Source: an uncultured Bacilli bacterium (lineage in GTDB: Bacteria; Bacillota_I; Bacilli_A; RF39; UBA660). Taken from it: a DNA stretch of 59,587 nucleotides. A program made the translations under genes and the position numbers. The notes below the pieces were generated by a model. The model saw only the letters and a program-made list of their open reading frames with translations. It was not told the origin of the DNA and did no database searches. The stretch is from NCBI GenBank assembly GCA_934091015.1, contig CAKOKM010000001.1, positions 1 through 59,587 on the forward strand, written 5' to 3'. This document shows positions 34,593 to 44,134 of this stretch, in pieces (within the stretch, counting starts at the first letter, position 1; each line of letters begins with the position of its first letter).

Positions 34593-37385
34593 ATGAAAAA
34601 TAAGTTTAAAAACTTATATAAAATTAAAATAAGCAATACTATTTATATAATAATTTGTTGTATTACTATGGCTTTACTCTTTGATTTATCAAAATACATT
34701 TTTTCTAATTTATTAAATATTCATTTAGGTTTGAATTTTGAAATTGATTTTATGGCTATTTATGCTGGTTTTTTAACATTAATATTACCTGTTGCAATAC
34801 TAATAATTGAAAGAATTGAAAACTTAGATAATGCAATAATTTCAGAAACGTATTTAAGGGAAACGGCAATTTTCCCAGTTATTGTTTATTTTGTAGTTAA
34901 TTTGCTAATATTTGCATTTAATAATAATCAATATTTCTTTATTGTATCATCGATTATTTCAACTGTTTTAATAGTTTATATGTATTATAAATCATTTAAA
35001 ATGATTTCAAATTTAATTTATGAAAAAGAAAAGATTGGAATTGTTAATGAAGAGGTAATATCAAATGATTTAGTAGATCAAACTACACATTTTAGTGAAG
35101 ATAACAAAATAACTATTTATCAAAAATATGGAGTATATGTTGGAAGATATAATTATATTTCAACTGAAGGATATAAAAAGAAACCATTATATCCAACAAA
35201 TAATTACTTGATAATTAAACAGTATAATTATCGTGTTATAAATAAGTTAATAAAAAAGTTGAAAATATATAATAAGTTATTTATTGATACATATATACCT
35301 AACGAAGAAAATGTTGAATATAGCAATGATAATAAGCCTAACGTTATAGTAGTTCTTTCTGATATTGGATCAACGTTAAATAAAAATAATAGTTGGATAT
35401 CGATATACTATAAAAATGTATCATATAATGATGTAGAAATGATTATAGAAATATTAAAAAATAAAGTTTATATAACTTCAGAGTCAAATAGCCATTTGTA
35501 TATTGAAGTAGCATATAAAGGGATATTGAAAGATTGCATTGAATCTATTAATAGTAATTCTTCTTCGCTTTTATCTGAAAATTTAGAAAGATATCTTGAA
35601 ATATATAAGAATTACATTAATGAGTTTTCATCAAAAATTGGATCATTTACTTATGAAGAATCTTATAGCCACATAAACTCCTTTATTAGATTTAGAGGAA
35701 TGGATTTTCTGACAAATGTTCAAAAGAATATATATGATTATTCTTCAATGATATTGGAAAAAAATAATGTAAGATTAATGAATTCTTTAATAAGTTTTTT
35801 ATATAGTGCTATTCTTTATTCGTATCAAAAAAAAGAATTGCTATCTATTCAACTATTATATGGCACATATGAATATTTATGTGAATGTTCTCTTAAATTG
35901 AATGATAATTCTTCATTTGAAAAAATCAAATTAGAAATATTTGAATTTATGAACATGATAAAATATGATATGCCCAAATCAGAGGATAGATTTGAGAAGG
36001 ATACATTATTAGTGTGCAATAGAGTTATTGGTAATATAATATTTAACTTAAGTCGTAAGGACGAGGAAAAATGTTTGAAATTTTACAAAAAAATATTCAA
36101 TTATATTAATGAAATATCTGAAGAATTGGATTCTGTGGATTGTGATGTTTCTGATAATAATATGATGTATCATAATACTTTGACTGATATATATGATAAT
36201 TTAACTTGTAATATTTTTGCAGTAACAGCTTATGCAATACAAAAAAATAAAAATTTGGATGTCGAAAAACTATTATTGTTTTACGATAAAATTGATGTGA
36301 ATTCTTTGAGCAATATATTAACTAAATCAATATATTTTGACTTCAATAATCGTAATTATTCATGGGATTTAATGGATATGGATAATATTGATGATGATGG
36401 AGTATACAATATAAATACAACTTATTATTTCATACATTTATATTGCTTGTTGATTTCAAGAAAGAATATTAATTCTATAAAAATTAAAAGTAATTTTGAA
36501 TTAAGCAATCAATCTGATAGTATAATAAGTGAATTAAAAAATATGAACAAAGAAGAGTATATTGAGTTATTTGAAAATGTTAAATCAGATGTAGAAAAGG
36601 AAGAAAAAGAGTATATTCGAAAAACACCAATTTCACCAGATAAAATTGAGAATTTCAAAAATAAGTTTTTTGAATATTATGACAAGCATAATAGATTGGT
36701 AAAACTATTTAACATAACAGATAATTTAAAAATAATTAAAAGAAAGAAAAAAGGAAAAAATTATCTAGGAATTAGAAATATAGTTGATAAAACATATTTT
36801 TTAGAAAAAACACCAAATAATAGATGTATCATATGGAGTAATTTTGAAGAAAATTATGCTAATTCCTTTATTAATTCTGAGGAAAATAAATTTGCAATCG
36901 CATTAAATAACAATTCATCATTAAGTGATAAATCAATTATTGATTATTTACAAGATTTAAGCATTATAAAGCTTAAAAAAAGTATATTATTTTCTAATTA
37001 TGAAACAATACATAAAATATTTGGATATAGTAATATATCATATAAGAAAGAAGATAATAAAGAATATGCTAATTTATTTGTTATGATAAAAGGAATTTAC
37101 GTTCCAATCACAGTTATAAATGGTATTGATGAAAATTGCATATATCATGTTTTTGATAATAAAATAGGGAAACTTGAAAAATTAGATAACAGTTTTGAAA
37201 TTGAAATACTTGATTTTTATAACAATGATGAATTATTAAAAAAATGTATGAATGAAAAAATTAATGGTTTAGATTTAACCGGTATAGAAAGAAAGAATCA
37301 CTTATTAGAATCAGTTGACTTATTTATTCAAGAATATATACATATTAATGTTGATAACTTGATATCGTTAAAATTTTATCATTAA
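34593..37385 (+). CDS. 930-aa membrane-anchored hypothetical protein
   Basis: Starts 15 nt after the fic stop with an AGGTGA RBS. About four N-terminal hydrophobic helices (residues ~15-140), then ~790 aa with no recognisable motif. Confidence 0.6.
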   Translation: MKNKFKNLYKIKISNTIYIIICCITMALLFDLSKYIFSNLLNIHLGLNFEIDFMAIYAGFLTLILPVAILIIERIENLDNAIISETYLRETAIFPVIVYFVVNLLIFAFNNNQYFFIVSSIISTVLIVYMYYKSFKMISNLIYEKEKIGIVNEEVISNDLVDQTTHFSEDNKITIYQKYGVYVGRYNYISTEGYKKKPLYPTNNYLIIKQYNYRVINKLIKKLKIYNKLFIDTYIPNEENVEYSNDNKPNVIVVLSDIGSTLNKNNSWISIYYKNVSYNDVEMIIEILKNKVYITSESNSHLYIEVAYKGILKDCIESINSNSSSLLSENLERYLEIYKNYINEFSSKIGSFTYEESYSHINSFIRFRGMDFLTNVQKNIYDYSSMILEKNNVRLMNSLISFLYSAILYSYQKKELLSIQLLYGTYEYLCECSLKLNDNSSFEKIKLEIFEFMNMIKYDMPKSEDRFEKDTLLVCNRVIGNIIFNLSRKDEEKCLKFYKKIFNYINEISEELDSVDCDVSDNNMMYHNTLTDIYDNLTCNIFAVTAYAIQKNKNLDVEKLLLFYDKIDVNSLSNILTKSIYFDFNNRNYSWDLMDMDNIDDDGVYNINTTYYFIHLYCLLISRKNINSIKIKSNFELSNQSDSIISELKNMNKEEYIELFENVKSDVEKEEKEYIRKTPISPDKIENFKNKFFEYYDKHNRLVKLFNITDNLKIIKRKKKGKNYLGIRNIVDKTYFLEKTPNNRCIIWSNFEENYANSFINSEENKFAIALNNNSSLSDKSIIDYLQDLSIIKLKKSILFSNYETIHKIFGYSNISYKKEDNKEYANLFVMIKGIYVPITVINGIDENCIYHVFDNKIGKLEKLDNSFEIEILDFYNNDELLKKCMNEKINGLDLTGIERKNHLLESVDLFIQEYIHINVDNLISLKFYH

Positions 37386-37391
37386 AAAAAG

Positions 37392-37427
37392 AGCATATAT
37401 AGCTACGTAACCTATATATGCTTTTTA
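37392..37427 (+). terminator. Intrinsic terminator
   Basis: AGCATATATAG-CTACGTAAC-CTATATATGCT followed by T5. Confidence 0.75.
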
Positions 37428-37561
37428 TATGTCTGCACAGTTTTTTGTACAATAAATTGATTAAATTTTGCTGTGCAAGATTAAACATTTTTAAACTATG
37501 TGCCTTGAAAACGTTGATATTAAAGGGATTAAATAGGTATGATTTACCCATTATTGTTCGT

Positions 37562-37570
37562 CCCCTGAAG
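37562..37570 (+). other. att core copy D, CCCCTGAAG
   Basis: Preceded by ATTAAATAGGTA (the same words that begin the sRNA at 2696-2707) and followed by ...CTCTCATTTTTTTGTGCCC, homologous to 2792-2808. Confidence 0.55.
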
Positions 37571-37649
37571 AGAGAATTTAACCGTGCTCTCATTTTTTTG
37601 TGCCCATTTTATAAAAAGTTTGCGGGGCATCGGTATTGCTAAAATAATT

Positions 37650-37669
37650 TTAGGTACAATTTAGGTACA
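37650..37669 (+). repeat. TTAGGTACA direct repeats (candidate arm sites of element 4)
   Basis: Copies at 37650-37658 and 37661-37669, with spacing and context parallel to TTAGGCGACA at 2852-2872. Confidence 0.45.
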
Positions 37670-37856
37670 AAAAAATTGACTTTAAAAATAGTTCATTGAA
37701 GAAAAGCAACGAAAGTGGCAAAAATCTTCAATGGATTTTTTACAGTGATATGGACAATATAGATTTCGTCCGTATGATTGTAATGGTATTATACCGCATA
37801 TGGTAGTATATAATCGTTATAAGATCATGGTACAATTATTATGGAGGAGATGACTT

Positions 37857-38057
37857 ATGGAAAAGAAAGAAAAAATAATTAGCAATAAAATTAAATGTAA
37901 AAAATGTGGAAATATTATAGAGTCAATAAGTACAAATGATTATAAAAGGTGTTCTTGTGGAGCCGTTGCAGTTGATGGTGGTACTGAATATTTGAAGAGA
38001 ATTGGTAATGAAAATGATTATATAGAATTATCTATTAGTAAAGATAATAATAGATAG
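37857..38057 (+). CDS. Small zinc-ribbon protein
   Basis: 66 aa. CKKCGN...CSCG Cys4 pattern. GGAGGAG RBS. Confidence 0.55.
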   Translation: MEKKEKIISNKIKCKKCGNIIESISTNDYKRCSCGAVAVDGGTEYLKRIGNENDYIELSISKDNNR

Positions 38058-38077
38058 TTATTACCATAGATAATAAA

Positions 38078-38509
38078 AAAATAAGTAATACTCTAACAAG
38101 CAAAGGTATATCAACTAGTAACCATACAGTTTAAAAATATATAACTGCATATCTGGAAAGTTATTTAATAAATAAATACGAAAGATTTGATATTAAAGAA
38201 AAAATTTATTATCCAGAAATTATAAATATTATGCAGTTGATCCAGAATTAAGAAGAGGATATAAAGTCTGTACCGGAAAAATAGACAATTTAGAAGTAGA
38301 TTTTGTTGCCGAAAATAGAGATTGATTAAAATACTATCAAGTAACATTCACCATCAAAGATGAAAAAGTTCTTGCTAGAGAATTAAGATCTATCCAAAAA
38401 GCCAACGTTCATTTTCCTAAAATATTATTAACTTTAGATATGAATCTTGAAGCAGATTATAATGGAATAACAAAAAAACGTAGTCGATTGACTATTAAAA
38501 GAAAAATAA
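38078..38509 (+). pseudogene. Truncated, multiply disrupted AAA+ ATPase (DUF4143 C-terminal part)
   Basis: The piecewise translation ISNTLTSKGISTSNHTV*KYITAYLESYLINKYERFDIK / KYYAVDPELRRGYKVCTGKIDNLEVDFVAENRD*LKYYQV...HFPKILLTLD...GI / NVVD*LLKEK matches the DUF4143 region. It carries one TAA, two TGA and two poly-A frameshifts, and the N-terminal ATPase domain is absent. Confidence 0.6.
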
Positions 38510-38568
38510 TATATAAAATTTATTTTATAAATACATAAAAATCAGCGTAACCTTAGCTGATTTTATTT

Positions 38569-38994
38569 TCACTTAAATATACTATCCATCGAAATATTAT
38601 GATTCTTACAAATTGTATACAAACTCATAGTAGAAATTAAATTATTACCTAACTCATAATTACTATAAGTAGTTTGAGATATCATACACTCATCTGCAAT
38701 TTGTTGCTGAGTTAAGTTTAAATCTTTTCTAATTCTTTTTAATTTATCACCAATCATTTTTCTATCAATACTATCAAGTTTATCATACTTAACATTCTTA
38801 CTATTTAACTTAAGTAAATAATCCATAGAATAGCCATACTTCAAACTAAATTTATATAAATGCTTTAAAGGAATAACATCTCTACCAGTTTCCCATCCAC
38901 TATAGGTAGATTCAGCCACATTAAAAACCTTTCCAAGTTCCTTTTGTGTCATTTCCATGTATTCTCTAATATATTTCAAGTTATTTTCGTACAT
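38569..38994 (-). CDS. Tandem-HTH XRE-family regulator
   Basis: Two HTH_3 units (MTQKELGKVFNVAESTYSGWE and LTQQQIADECMISQTTYSNYE). GGTGG RBS before ATG 38994. Confidence 0.75.
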   Translation of the reverse strand: MYENNLKYIREYMEMTQKELGKVFNVAESTYSGWETGRDVIPLKHLYKFSLKYGYSMDYLLKLNSKNVKYDKLDSIDRKMIGDKLKRIRKDLNLTQQQIADECMISQTTYSNYELGNNLISTMSLYTICKNHNISMDSIFK

Positions 38995-39080
38995 TTTACT
39001 ACCACCTATTATTAATTTTTGCATTAAAAAAATAATTATTTATAAAACTTGGATATATTTGGTAAAAATATGTTATTATA

Positions 39081-39815
39081 ATGTATAGAAACAAAAAGAA
39101 AATAGGTAATCATATGAATTATAAAACTAAAATACTACAATATCTTATAAGTACTAAGCCGAAACATTATGGAATAATGCAAGAATTAATTAACAAAGGA
39201 GTATTCGATAAAATTTTAAAAATTAATTTTAAAAAAAAAGATAAAGAAGATAATAATCAAAATGTTGAAGAATCATTTATTGAAAAACTAACTTTCTTTG
39301 TTGATTTCTTTCATAACAACTTTCCATCAATTAAAGAAAAAGGACACATACTAGAGTTAATTTTAACTACAAATATACCAGAGTTTTTAACTTCGCCTAT
39401 TACTTTAAAAGAACTTAACGATAAATATATTATTTATTCAATGAAAAAAACAATCATTAATAACTTCCTAACTATATTTAAACAAATTAGAAATAATATC
39501 CCCATTCAAGAATTAAATAAGATCAAAATAAAATATAACTATAATTTAGATAAATTAACAGATGTTGAAAACCTATTTAATATTTTAAAAGACCTAGTAA
39601 CAACCAATATAACTAATGATGATAACATTCTATACTTATTTGATAACTACGCTAACAATATGACCAAAATAGAAAAAGAATATAACCTTAATAAACAAGA
39701 AACAATCATTAAAATAAATAATGAATATATTTATTACTATAATAAAATATTTACTAATTATTATAAAAGAATAAAAATCCTTAAAATAACAAAATTTATA
39801 TATAAAATGACATAA
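39081..39815 (+). CDS. Hypothetical protein
   Basis: 244-aa Asn/Lys/Ile-rich ORF divergent from the regulator. Start uncertain (39081 or 39114). No motif recognised. Confidence 0.45.
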   Translation: MYRNKKKIGNHMNYKTKILQYLISTKPKHYGIMQELINKGVFDKILKINFKKKDKEDNNQNVEESFIEKLTFFVDFFHNNFPSIKEKGHILELILTTNIPEFLTSPITLKELNDKYIIYSMKKTIINNFLTIFKQIRNNIPIQELNKIKIKYNYNLDKLTDVENLFNILKDLVTTNITNDDNILYLFDNYANNMTKIEKEYNLNKQETIIKINNEYIYYYNKIFTNYYKRIKILKITKFIYKMT

Positions 39816-39905
39816 TTAACTAAATAAAATCCCAAACAAGCAATTAAATCTACCAAAATCCAACTGTCTAATGATATAATTAAAATAAGATAAGAGGTTG
39901 GCATT

Positions 39906-42900
39906 ATGGTTTTAACTAGTGAAGAGATAAAATCCAAAGATTTTGAATTACTAAAGTTATATCAAAATCAAGTTAATGAATTACTACTAAAAGATAAATA
40001 CATCTCTAAAAAAGAGTATCTAAAAATATACAAACAACTAACACCTATAATTCATAAACTAAAAATTATGGAAAAAGAATCTATGCTTGAACTATGGTGC
40101 CAAAAAAATAAAGTAGATTACTACGAAATAAAAAGTCTTATTAACTTTTATACAAACACTAGTAAAATAATAGATGATAAAAATACGCTTTATGTAAATA
40201 AACATCTAGAAGCTGATAAAGAATATTTAGATACCATTCTTGCAAATGAAGACCCAAACATAAAACTAGATAAAGAACAAAGAAAAGTAATCCTTTCTGA
40301 TGAAGATTACACATTAGTAGTAGCAGGAGCAGGATCTGGTAAAACAACTACTATTGAAGCCAAAGTTAAATATCTTATTGAAAAACAGCACATAGATCCA
40401 AATCGTATTTTAATAATCTCCTTTACCAGAAAAGCAACTAATGAATTACAAACAAGATGTAAGCGCCTTGGCTTGCCTGTTAAAATATCCACATTCCATT
40501 CCCTAGCAAATCAGGTTATTGGCTCAGCCGAAGAATCCCATCATCAAATAACAACTGGAGATTTAATGTTCAAAACTATTAAAGAATACCTTATTAATAA
40601 TGAAAATGACGAAGAATTTGTAAAAAAGATCCTTCTATTCTTTGCTAGTTACTTAAACGTTCCTTTTGGTGAAGAAAATATAAGTTTATTATTCTCGGAA
40701 CTAGCAAAAAATGATTGCTCAACCCTTAAATCCGATATAATATCATCTCTTGACGAATTTAACAAAAAACAAATTAGTCAAAAATATACCTTAAAAAATG
40801 AAAAAGTCAAAAGTGTTGAAGAATGCCGTATCGCCAACTTTTTATACATAAACGGTATTGACTATGAATATGAACCAGTTTATAAATATTGCTTTAATAA
40901 TACAATTAAACCATATTGCCCAGATTTCATAATTAGACAATATAACAAAGAAATATATCTTGAACATTTTGGTATATCTGAAAATGGAGAAAATCCAAGA
41001 TACTCTAAAGAAGAACTAGAACAATATAAAAAACACGTTAATGACAAAATAATGTTTCACAGAAAACATGGTACTAAATTAATTTATACCTTTTCAAAAT
41101 ATAATGATAACAAAGATACAATAACTCATTTAAAAGAAGAATTAATAAAATCAGGCGTCTCATTTGAACCTAAAAGCCAAAAAGCAATTTATAAAGCCAT
41201 CCTATCAAATTTAGAAGATAAATATTTTAACAAACTAGTTCAGTTAATATGTGTCTTCATATCTAGATTCAAAACTAATAATTTTAGCCCATCCAAATTT
41301 GATGAATGGAAAATTACCTTATCTGATGAAAGAACCAAATTATTTGTAAATATTTGTTACGAATGCTATTTAGCTTACTCAAGCGTATTAAAAAATACCG
41401 GAAGTATTGACTTTGAAGACATGATTAATAATGCCTCTAATATATTAGATAAATTGATTGAAAATAATCAAAAGTTACCATACGACTATATATTTGTTGA
41501 TGAATATCAAGATATTTCACTTCAAAGATTTAATCTATGTGAAAAATTATCAAAATGTTCTAATGCTAAAATAGTAGCTGTCGGCGATGACTGGCAATCA
41601 ATATTTAAATTTAGTGGTGCTCAAATTGATTTATTTACCAAATTTGAACAAATAATGGGTTATGCCAATATTCAAAAAATAACTAATACATATCGCAATT
41701 TCCAAGAACTAATCGATATAGCCGGTAACTTTGTAATGTCAAATAAATACCAAATAACTAAAAAATTAAAATCAAATAAATCTATAAAAAATCCTGTTAT
41801 TTTAATGACATATAATGATAAAAAAGACTATATATCATACAAACTAGGTGATACAGTAACAAATAGGTTAGGTAGTGCTATTGAACACGCTTTAGACAAT
41901 ATTGTTAAAGAAAATGGAATAAATCAAAAAGTATTGTTTATAGGTCGTTATGGTTTTGAACAATTCATATTATCGAATTATAAAGAAGGTTTCACCTATA
42001 AAAGAAATAAATTATATTCTAATAAATATCCTAAATTAAATATTACCTTTTTGACTGCTCATTCATCAAAAGGATTAACATATGATAATGTAATAATAAT
42101 AAATGGTAAAGATGCAATTTTAGGTTTCCCATCAAGAATAGTTGATGATCCTGTCATGAAACTGGTTATCAAAGACGAAGAAAACTTCGAATATGCCGAA
42201 GAAAGAAGATTATTCTACGTTGCTCTAACTAGAACAAAAAATAAAGTTTATATCTTAACACCAAAATATAAACCATCCAAATTTATTTTAGAATTAAATA
42301 ATAACTATCAAAATGTTCTAGTAGTTGGTGAAAAAATAGAGCCGGAAGTTAATTATGATAATTTATTAAAATGTCCTTTATGCGGCTATCCATTACAAAG
42401 AAGAAGTAATAATAATTTTAAAATTCCTGGAGAAATATGGATATGTTCAAATGATCCAGAAATTTGTGGATATGTAACTAATAATCCAAGAGGAGGAAAA
42501 ATGTCCATTTCCAAATGCCCAAAATGCTCTGATGGTTATTTAATTGTTAAAAAAGTTCCAGATCCAGCTAAAGAAAAATATATTTTAGGTTGTACTAACT
42601 ATTTAAAAGATGGAACAGGTTGTAATGCTTATTTAGTTGATAATAAATATACTCAAGATTTAGATCTAGTTAATTTAGAGTTTTTTGATAAAAATACTGA
42701 TATTCAAAAATTAACCTATTGTAATAAAAACTTTATAGAACTAGTAAACACTATAATATATATTGCAAAATATTATGAAAATTATAAATTTAAAATAAGC
42801 CCTAGAACAATCTTAGAAATATTAGTAGGTGCAAGTAGCAAACAAATAAAAGTATTCAAACTATACAAAAATAAATACTATGGTTATTTAACAGTTGATG

Positions 42901-43052
42901 ATAGGCAAAAATATTGGGCATTATTTAAAGCACTAACCAAAGAAGAAATTTTAAATGTCGATGAAAGTAACTATAATAATGTAACAGCCCTAAAAGATCA
43001 TTTAACATTAGATGATTATAAAATAATTTATGCATCAATCAAAATAAAATAA
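39906..43052 (+). CDS. Helicase IV-like UvrD-family SF1 helicase with C-terminal zinc ribbons
   Basis: AGAGSGKTTT (motif I), FVDEYQD (motif II), VGDDWQSIF, TNTYRN, TAHSSKGLTYDNVIII and LFYVALTRTKNKVYI. Insertion CRIANFLYINGIDYEYEP...YCPDFII...YLEHFG is typical of helicase IV. Two CxxC...C ribbons (CPLCGY..., CPKCSDGY...GCTNY...GC). Confidence 0.8.
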   Translation: MVLTSEEIKSKDFELLKLYQNQVNELLLKDKYISKKEYLKIYKQLTPIIHKLKIMEKESMLELWCQKNKVDYYEIKSLINFYTNTSKIIDDKNTLYVNKHLEADKEYLDTILANEDPNIKLDKEQRKVILSDEDYTLVVAGAGSGKTTTIEAKVKYLIEKQHIDPNRILIISFTRKATNELQTRCKRLGLPVKISTFHSLANQVIGSAEESHHQITTGDLMFKTIKEYLINNENDEEFVKKILLFFASYLNVPFGEENISLLFSELAKNDCSTLKSDIISSLDEFNKKQISQKYTLKNEKVKSVEECRIANFLYINGIDYEYEPVYKYCFNNTIKPYCPDFIIRQYNKEIYLEHFGISENGENPRYSKEELEQYKKHVNDKIMFHRKHGTKLIYTFSKYNDNKDTITHLKEELIKSGVSFEPKSQKAIYKAILSNLEDKYFNKLVQLICVFISRFKTNNFSPSKFDEWKITLSDERTKLFVNICYECYLAYSSVLKNTGSIDFEDMINNASNILDKLIENNQKLPYDYIFVDEYQDISLQRFNLCEKLSKCSNAKIVAVGDDWQSIFKFSGAQIDLFTKFEQIMGYANIQKITNTYRNFQELIDIAGNFVMSNKYQITKKLKSNKSIKNPVILMTYNDKKDYISYKLGDTVTNRLGSAIEHALDNIVKENGINQKVLFIGRYGFEQFILSNYKEGFTYKRNKLYSNKYPKLNITFLTAHSSKGLTYDNVIIINGKDAILGFPSRIVDDPVMKLVIKDEENFEYAEERRLFYVALTRTKNKVYILTPKYKPSKFILELNNNYQNVLVVGEKIEPEVNYDNLLKCPLCGYPLQRRSNNNFKIPGEIWICSNDPEICGYVTNNPRGGKMSISKCPKCSDGYLIVKKVPDPAKEKYILGCTNYLKDGTGCNAYLVDNKYTQDLDLVNLEFFDKNTDIQKLTYCNKNFIELVNTIIYIAKYYENYKFKISPRTILEILVGASSKQIKVFKLYKNKYYGYLTVDDRQKYWALFKALTKEEILNVDESNYNNVTALKDHLTLDDYKIIYASIKIK

Positions 43053-43056
43053 GTAC

Positions 43057-43087
43057 AGGAACTAAATATAATTATTAGTTCCTTTTA
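43057..43087 (+). terminator. Intrinsic terminator
   Basis: AGGAACTAA-loop-TTAGTTCCT followed by a T-run. Confidence 0.7.
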
Positions 43088-43272
43088 TAATTTAAAATTT
43101 TTATTAAAAAAATAAGTATATTTAACAAAACTTAAATATTTATTAACTTACTTATATATGCTAAGAAATATCAAATATTAAAATCTATTTTAAATTATGT
43201 TAAGTTATATAAAATTATGTCTTTATTGTTTGTTTATAGATTTGATATAATATGTATCAAGGGAGGATAAAT

Positions 43273-44094
43273 ATGAGTAATATAGTAGATTATACTGAAA
43301 AAAATTTTGAAGATATAAAGCATATTGATGACAACGGAAATGAGTTTTGGGAGGCTAGAGAATTACAACAAATTCTTGGCTATAAAGAATGGAGATATTT
43401 TTCAGCAGTAATTGAAAAGGCTCAAATTGCTTGTTCTCAAAGTAATAATAGTATAAATTTCCATTTTGGTGTAAACACCAAAATCGTACCAGCCGGTAAA
43501 ACAACAAAACCTATTATAGACTATAAATTAAGTAGGTATGCATGTTATTTAATCGTTCAAAATGCAAATCCAAAATATAAAGCGGTAGCATTAGGTCAAA
43601 CGTATTTTGCAGTACAAACCAGAAAAATGGAATTAACAGAAGAAGAATACAATAAATTATCCGAAGATGAAAAGAGACTTTATCGTAGAAAACAAACCAA
43701 AGATGGTAATAAAATTTTATATAGAATCGCCAAAGAAAAAGGAGTCAAAAACTTTGATAGATTTACAAATGCAGGCTACAAAGGACTCTATAATGGAGAG
43801 ACAGCAAATGATATTGCAAAAAGAAAGGGATTAAGATATAGGGAAGATATTCTCGATAATATGGGAAGTGCTGAATTGGGTGCTAATATATTTAGAATTA
43901 CTCAAACAGAAGCATTATTAGAAAAGCAAGAACAGCCCAATGAACAATTAGCAACCGAAACTCATTACAAAGTTGGAGTGACAGTAAGAAAGGCTATTAA
44001 AGAACTTGGTGGAACAATGCCAGAAGAATTACCAACACCTAACAAATCTATTAAAGAATTAGAAAAAGAAAATTTAAAGATCGAGTACAAATAA
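43273..44094 (+). CDS. dinD: DNA damage-inducible protein D (DinD)-like protein
   Basis: N-terminus FEDIKHIDDNGNEFWEARELQQILGYKEWRYFSAVIEKAQIAC and later YACYLIVQNANP and ALGQTYFAVQTR match my recollection of the DinD family. GGGAGG RBS before ATG 43273. Confidence 0.6.
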   Translation: MSNIVDYTEKNFEDIKHIDDNGNEFWEARELQQILGYKEWRYFSAVIEKAQIACSQSNNSINFHFGVNTKIVPAGKTTKPIIDYKLSRYACYLIVQNANPKYKAVALGQTYFAVQTRKMELTEEEYNKLSEDEKRLYRRKQTKDGNKILYRIAKEKGVKNFDRFTNAGYKGLYNGETANDIAKRKGLRYREDILDNMGSAELGANIFRITQTEALLEKQEQPNEQLATETHYKVGVTVRKAIKELGGTMPEELPTPNKSIKELEKENLKIEYK

Positions 44095-44134
44095 AATTTT
44101 TTCTAAAAATTAAAGCATTCAACTGAAGATGATT

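Larger units (their letters stand above)
19583..37570. other. Integrase-less accessory island (defence-type gene content)
   Basis: Bounded by core copies C and D. Contains Abi-like, R-M, mobC, MazG/DUF2075, helicase and Fic genes, each with its own promoter and terminator. Confidence 0.6.

Noticed and set aside
37345-37642. ORFs 37345-37593(-) and 37418-37642(+).
   Set aside because: They overlap each other and span a terminator, the att core copy D and the arm-type repeats. There is no RBS. The region is better explained as an element junction.
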